NCBI GenBank assembly: GCA_041736555.1
Contig: JBGSTJ010000008.1
Location: 62,084 to 126,083 of the forward strand
Reading direction: 5' to 3'
Source of the DNA: Cyclobacteriaceae bacterium
Lineage (GTDB): Bacteria; Bacteroidota; Bacteroidia; Cytophagales; Cyclobacteriaceae
DNA: 64,000 bases
Made by a program: the position numbers and the translations under genes. This document shows, in pieces, positions 61,202-64,000 of this stretch; within the stretch, counting starts at the first letter, position 1; each line of letters opens with the position of its first letter. A model generated the notes under the pieces. It was not told the DNA's origin. It made no database searches and saw nothing but the letters and a program-made list of their open reading frames with translations.

Positions 61202-62224
61202 ATGATCCGGATTGAAGAAAATGTAAGCCTGCGTTCCTACAATACCTTTGGCATTGATGCTAACGCGCGTTATTTCTGTCGAATTAGTACCGAGGCACAG
61301 TTTCAGGAACTCATTAAAACAGCTGTCTACAAAAATGAAAGGCATCTTATCCTGGGTGGTGGCAGCAATTTGTTATTCACAGGAGATTTTGAAGGCCTGA
61401 TTATTAAAGTTGATCTGAAGGGAATAACTAGTGTAGAAGAAAATGACGACCATATTCAACTGGAAGTAAGTTCAGGAGAAGCATGGCACGATCTGGTGAT
61501 GTACTGTGTACAACATAACTTCGGAGGAATAGAAAATCTATCCCTCATACCGGGTTCCGTAGGCGCAGCCCCTATTCAAAACATTGGTGCTTATGGTGTA
61601 GAGATACAAGAAGTAGTTCAGCTTATAAAAGGAATCGATCTTAAAACAGGTGAGCAAAAAAGTTATACCAAGGATGAATGTAGCTTCGGATACCGTGAAA
61701 GTATCTTTAAACATGAGTTGAAAGAAAAATATTTTATTTCAAGTGTTACTTTAAGTCTGACCAAGAAAAATCATCGTATCAACATGAGTTATGGTGCTAT
61801 TCAAGATACGTTGAAAGCAATGAACCTACTACCAACTGTACAATCAATCAGTGATGCAGTGATACAAATAAGAAGAAGTAAACTTCCTGATCCATCATGG
61901 ATCGGAAATGCTGGAAGCTTTTTTAAAAACCCAACGATTAGTTCATTGCAGTATCAAAATTTAAAAAATGTTCATCCCCAAATACCTAGTTATCCAACTG
62001 TAAATCAAGATGTTAAAGTGCCTGCTGGTTGGTTGATAGAACAATGCGGATGGAAAGGAAAACGTATAAATAATATTGGTGTGCATGAACATCAAGCGTT
62101 GGTGTTGGTCAATTATGGTAATGGAAAAGGTGAAGATATTTATCAACTCGCTATGCAAATTCAATCATCGGTGAAAGAAAAATTCAACATCCTATTAACA
62201 CCCGAAGTGAATATCATTCGATGA
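61202..62224 (+). CDS. murB: UDP-N-acetylenolpyruvoylglucosamine reductase
   Basis: SYNTFGI, ILGGGSNLL, GSVGAAPIQNIGAYG and AGSFFKNP motifs. Confidence 0.92.
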   Translation: MIRIEENVSLRSYNTFGIDANARYFCRISTEAQFQELIKTAVYKNERHLILGGGSNLLFTGDFEGLIIKVDLKGITSVEENDDHIQLEVSSGEAWHDLVMYCVQHNFGGIENLSLIPGSVGAAPIQNIGAYGVEIQEVVQLIKGIDLKTGEQKSYTKDECSFGYRESIFKHELKEKYFISSVTLSLTKKNHRINMSYGAIQDTLKAMNLLPTVQSISDAVIQIRRSKLPDPSWIGNAGSFFKNPTISSLQYQNLKNVHPQIPSYPTVNQDVKVPAGWLIEQCGWKGKRINNIGVHEHQALVLVNYGNGKGEDIYQLAMQIQSSVKEKFNILLTPEVNIIR

Positions 62225-62307
62225 AACTTCATGATCAGTTATGATAAAACTTATAAAAGTGTATACCTGATTTTTTTTTGTCATTGTAAAATTTTTTAAG
62301 CAAAATT

Positions 62308-62337
62308 TTTGTGAATTAATTATTTATTATACCTTTC
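62308..62337 (+). promoter_or_regulatory. possible Bacteroidota-type promoter for the mini-ORF
   Basis: TTTG (62308-62311), 18-nt spacer, TACCTTTC (62330-62337, 7 of 8 positions match TAnnTTTG). Confidence 0.25.
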
Positions 62338-62367
62338 GTACAGTTTTACTTAAAACATTAAAACGTT

Positions 62368-62433
62368 ATGGCAAAAAAACCCGCTAAGAAAGCAGCCAAG
62401 AAAGCAAAGAAGGCTGCTAAGAAAAAGAAGTAA
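62368..62433 (+). CDS. 21-aa Lys/Ala-rich mini-protein (MAKKPAKKAAKKAKKAAKKKK)
   Basis: ATG-to-TAA ORF translated by hand, below the ORF-track cutoff. Its N-terminus resembles the 123-aa histone-like protein. A strong terminator lies 27 nt downstream. Confidence 0.45.
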   Translation: MAKKPAKKAAKKAKKAAKKKK

Positions 62434-62459
62434 TCAAGCTTGTCTTGATTCTTTTACAG

Positions 62460-62493
62460 AGAGAAGTGATCCAGGATCACTTCTCTTTTTTTT
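62460..62493 (+). terminator. rho-independent terminator
   Basis: AGAGAAGTGAT-ccagg-ATCACTTCTCT, followed by a T-run of 8. Confidence 0.78.
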
Positions 62494-62509
62494 ATATCAA
62501 TCCATAAGC

Positions 62510-62689
62510 ATGCATCAAACCCTTGTGTACAAACTCCATGGATCACAATCGTTCCAACGACTTCTTACCACATTACCTGATGCCCATGTTAGTTTAAGAC
62601 TATCTGGTATAAAAGCCCATTACATAGTAGAATTACCAATGCAACGCATTGAATTTCATAATCTTAATCACACGATTGCGGAAATATAA
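62510..62689 (+). CDS. possible 59-aa hypothetical protein
   Basis: Hand-translated ORF MHQTLVYKLHGSQSF...HTIAEI, one codon below the track cutoff. No supporting motif. Confidence 0.25.
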   Translation: MHQTLVYKLHGSQSFQRLLTTLPDAHVSLRLSGIKAHYIVELPMQRIEFHNLNHTIAEI

Positions 62690-62758
62690 TTGACTACCCG
62701 CTTGTTTGCCGAGATATAAGGGTCTTAACTTTGCGCCAACACATAAATCATCTTACCC

Positions 62759-63070
62759 ATGGCAAAGACGTCAACCAAAACAGTAATCGATAAAAAGGCT
62801 CCGGCAAAAAAAAGTAGTGCAAAGCCTAAAACCGTATCAATAGAGAAAGTTTCTGAGGATATTCTCGCGAAATTGAAAACGTTGGATTTAGAGCACCAAC
62901 TTCAGGCAGACATAGAATGGTGTTTAGGCAGCTATCGCTATGATAACAATGCTACCGGACTTTTAGAAACGGCCAGCAAGGCGCTTACCGTATTTAAACA
63001 AGCCCAGGCAAAAAAAACGAAGGGAGTTACAGCCACCTTTATCGCTTCGATAGAAAGTGTTCTGAAATAA
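62759..63070 (+). CDS. hypothetical protein with Lys-rich N-terminus
   Basis: 103-aa ORF followed by a terminator. No family recognised. Confidence 0.55.
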   Translation: MAKTSTKTVIDKKAPAKKSSAKPKTVSIEKVSEDILAKLKTLDLEHQLQADIEWCLGSYRYDNNATGLLETASKALTVFKQAQAKKTKGVTATFIASIESVLK

Positions 63071-63091
63071 TCCGGAACAAGTTAAAGAATG

Positions 63092-63116
63092 AAGCCGGAG
63101 CGATCCGGCTTTTTTT
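63092..63116. terminator. hairpin terminator between convergent genes
   Basis: AAGCCGGA-gcga-TCCGGCTT, then TTTTTT. It overlaps the stop codon of the minus-strand deaminase gene. Confidence 0.7.
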
Positions 63117-63597
63117 ATATCATGTGCGTTACATTTGTTAGTGTGCCCATGTAGCGGGAACACGCTACGCCAAACTTGTTCAGAAAATCTACGCCTTCAT
63201 CAGACGCCAGTCCCTTGAATTCCGCGTATGAGTTTAGGTAGATTACCCGGGCAATACCCATACTAAAAATTATTCTCGAACACGCCAGACATGGCGACAA
63301 GGTAACATACAGCGTTGCTCCTTCTACTGAAGTCTTATTCTTGACTGCATAGAGAATTGCATTTTGCTCAGCATGTATAGCCAACGAGCAACCGCCTTTT
63401 GAATCCCGAGGGCAACCCTCTTCTGGCCATTCTTCATCGCAATTATGTGTGCCTGATGGCGGGCCATTATAGCCAATTGAGATAATACGGGTATCCTTTG
63501 TTAGCACAGCGCCTACATGTCGCTTTAGGCAATGTGACCGCTTCGCCAGGTTCACGGCTAGCTCCATATAGATGTCATCGAAGGCTGGTCTGATCAT
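63115..63597 (-). CDS. deoxycytidylate (dCMP) deaminase, ComEB-type
   Basis: HAEQNAI and PCLACSRII zinc-binding motifs. 160 aa. Confidence 0.88.
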   Translation of the reverse strand: MIRPAFDDIYMELAVNLAKRSHCLKRHVGAVLTKDTRIISIGYNGPPSGTHNCDEEWPEEGCPRDSKGGCSLAIHAEQNAILYAVKNKTSVEGATLYVTLSPCLACSRIIFSMGIARVIYLNSYAEFKGLASDEGVDFLNKFGVACSRYMGTLTNVTHMI

Positions 63598-63634
63598 TGC
63601 AGTAAAAATAAGGATTCAAAATAGTATATTCGCG

Positions 63635-64000
63635 ATGAAAATTGGATTCATGGTTGGTGACAGAAGATTAATTTTATTAGTCCTTATTTTTTTTCCAATC
63701 CTGCTGCAGGCACAGGAAACTATAAAACCCAGACCTAGTCCGGTAAGTTTGGTTACGGCCCGGTATAAAGATACCTATCTAAAGATAACCTATAGTCAAC
63801 CGCATAAACGAGGTCGGGTTATTTATGGAAACCTGGTTCCTTTTGGGCAACTGTGGCGCACAGGTGCCAATGAAGCTACCGAAATCACTCTTACAAGAGA
63901 CATCATCATCAATAATACTGAACTTAAAGCCGGCACTTATTCCATTTTTAGCATTCCTGAAAAAGAAAGCTGGACCATAATTATTAATAGTGATCTTGGC
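63635..64000 (+). CDS. DUF2911-like secreted protein (3' end truncated by the window end)
   Basis: Hand-translated open frame running to the window edge. Signal peptide ending LQAQ, and GQLWRTGANEATEIT as I recall for DUF2911. Confidence 0.62.
   Translation, partial: MKIGFMVGDRRLILLVLIFFPILLQAQETIKPRPSPVSLVTARYKDTYLKITYSQPHKRGRVIYGNLVPFGQLWRTGANEATEITLTRDIIINNTELKAGTYSIFSIPEKESWTIIINSDLG

Noticed and set aside
62432-62450. Small hairpin AATCAAG-cttgt-CTTGATT directly after the mini-ORF stop, considered as a separate regulatory element
   Set aside because: It is a short 7-bp AT-rich stem without a U-tract. The adjacent strong terminator at 62460-62493 explains termination.

Overview
This 64-kb window reads as chromosomal core genome of a Bacteroidota bacterium, probably Cytophagia or Sphingobacteriia-like. 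That assignment is an inference from T9SS C-terminal sorting domains, TAnnTTTG-type -7 boxes, weak or absent Shine-Dalgarno sites, roughly 40% G+C by eye, and the gene content. About 65 densely packed protein genes are present. Recognisable housekeeping genes include hbd-like, mscL, dapD, mnmE, gltA, rsmE, ligA, dapA, accC-like, maf, ppa, thyA, gatB, alaS, dprA and murB. Between them lie envelope and secreted-protein clusters: a 1105-aa DUF285/BspA-repeat T9SS cargo, a 4-gene secreted/LRR cluster, a BlaI/BlaR1-TonB pair, tandem M23 peptidases plus CapA, and a DUF1800-DUF1501-OMP-lipoprotein operon. There is one small DUF433/DUF5615 toxin-antitoxin pair. I found no rRNA, tRNA, CRISPR array, transposase, integrase or recognisable canonical defence system. 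Four signals are not explained by the ORF track. (1) Two copies of a nested multi-hairpin intergenic element sit between convergent genes at about 40.37-40.51 kb and 44.26-44.44 kb. Their outer stem shows a compensatory base-pair change, and a second palindrome is inserted in the loop of copy 2. (2) A GC-rich palindromic stretch sits in frame inside the essential alaS gene. (3) A terminator-bounded 21-codon Lys/Ala mini-gene lies below the ORF cutoff and adds to two other histone-H1-like genes. (4) A Tat-signal plus T9SS-sorting-domain DUF1501 protein sits in an operon with a signal-less DUF1800 partner. All functional calls come from motif recognition by eye, with no database search.
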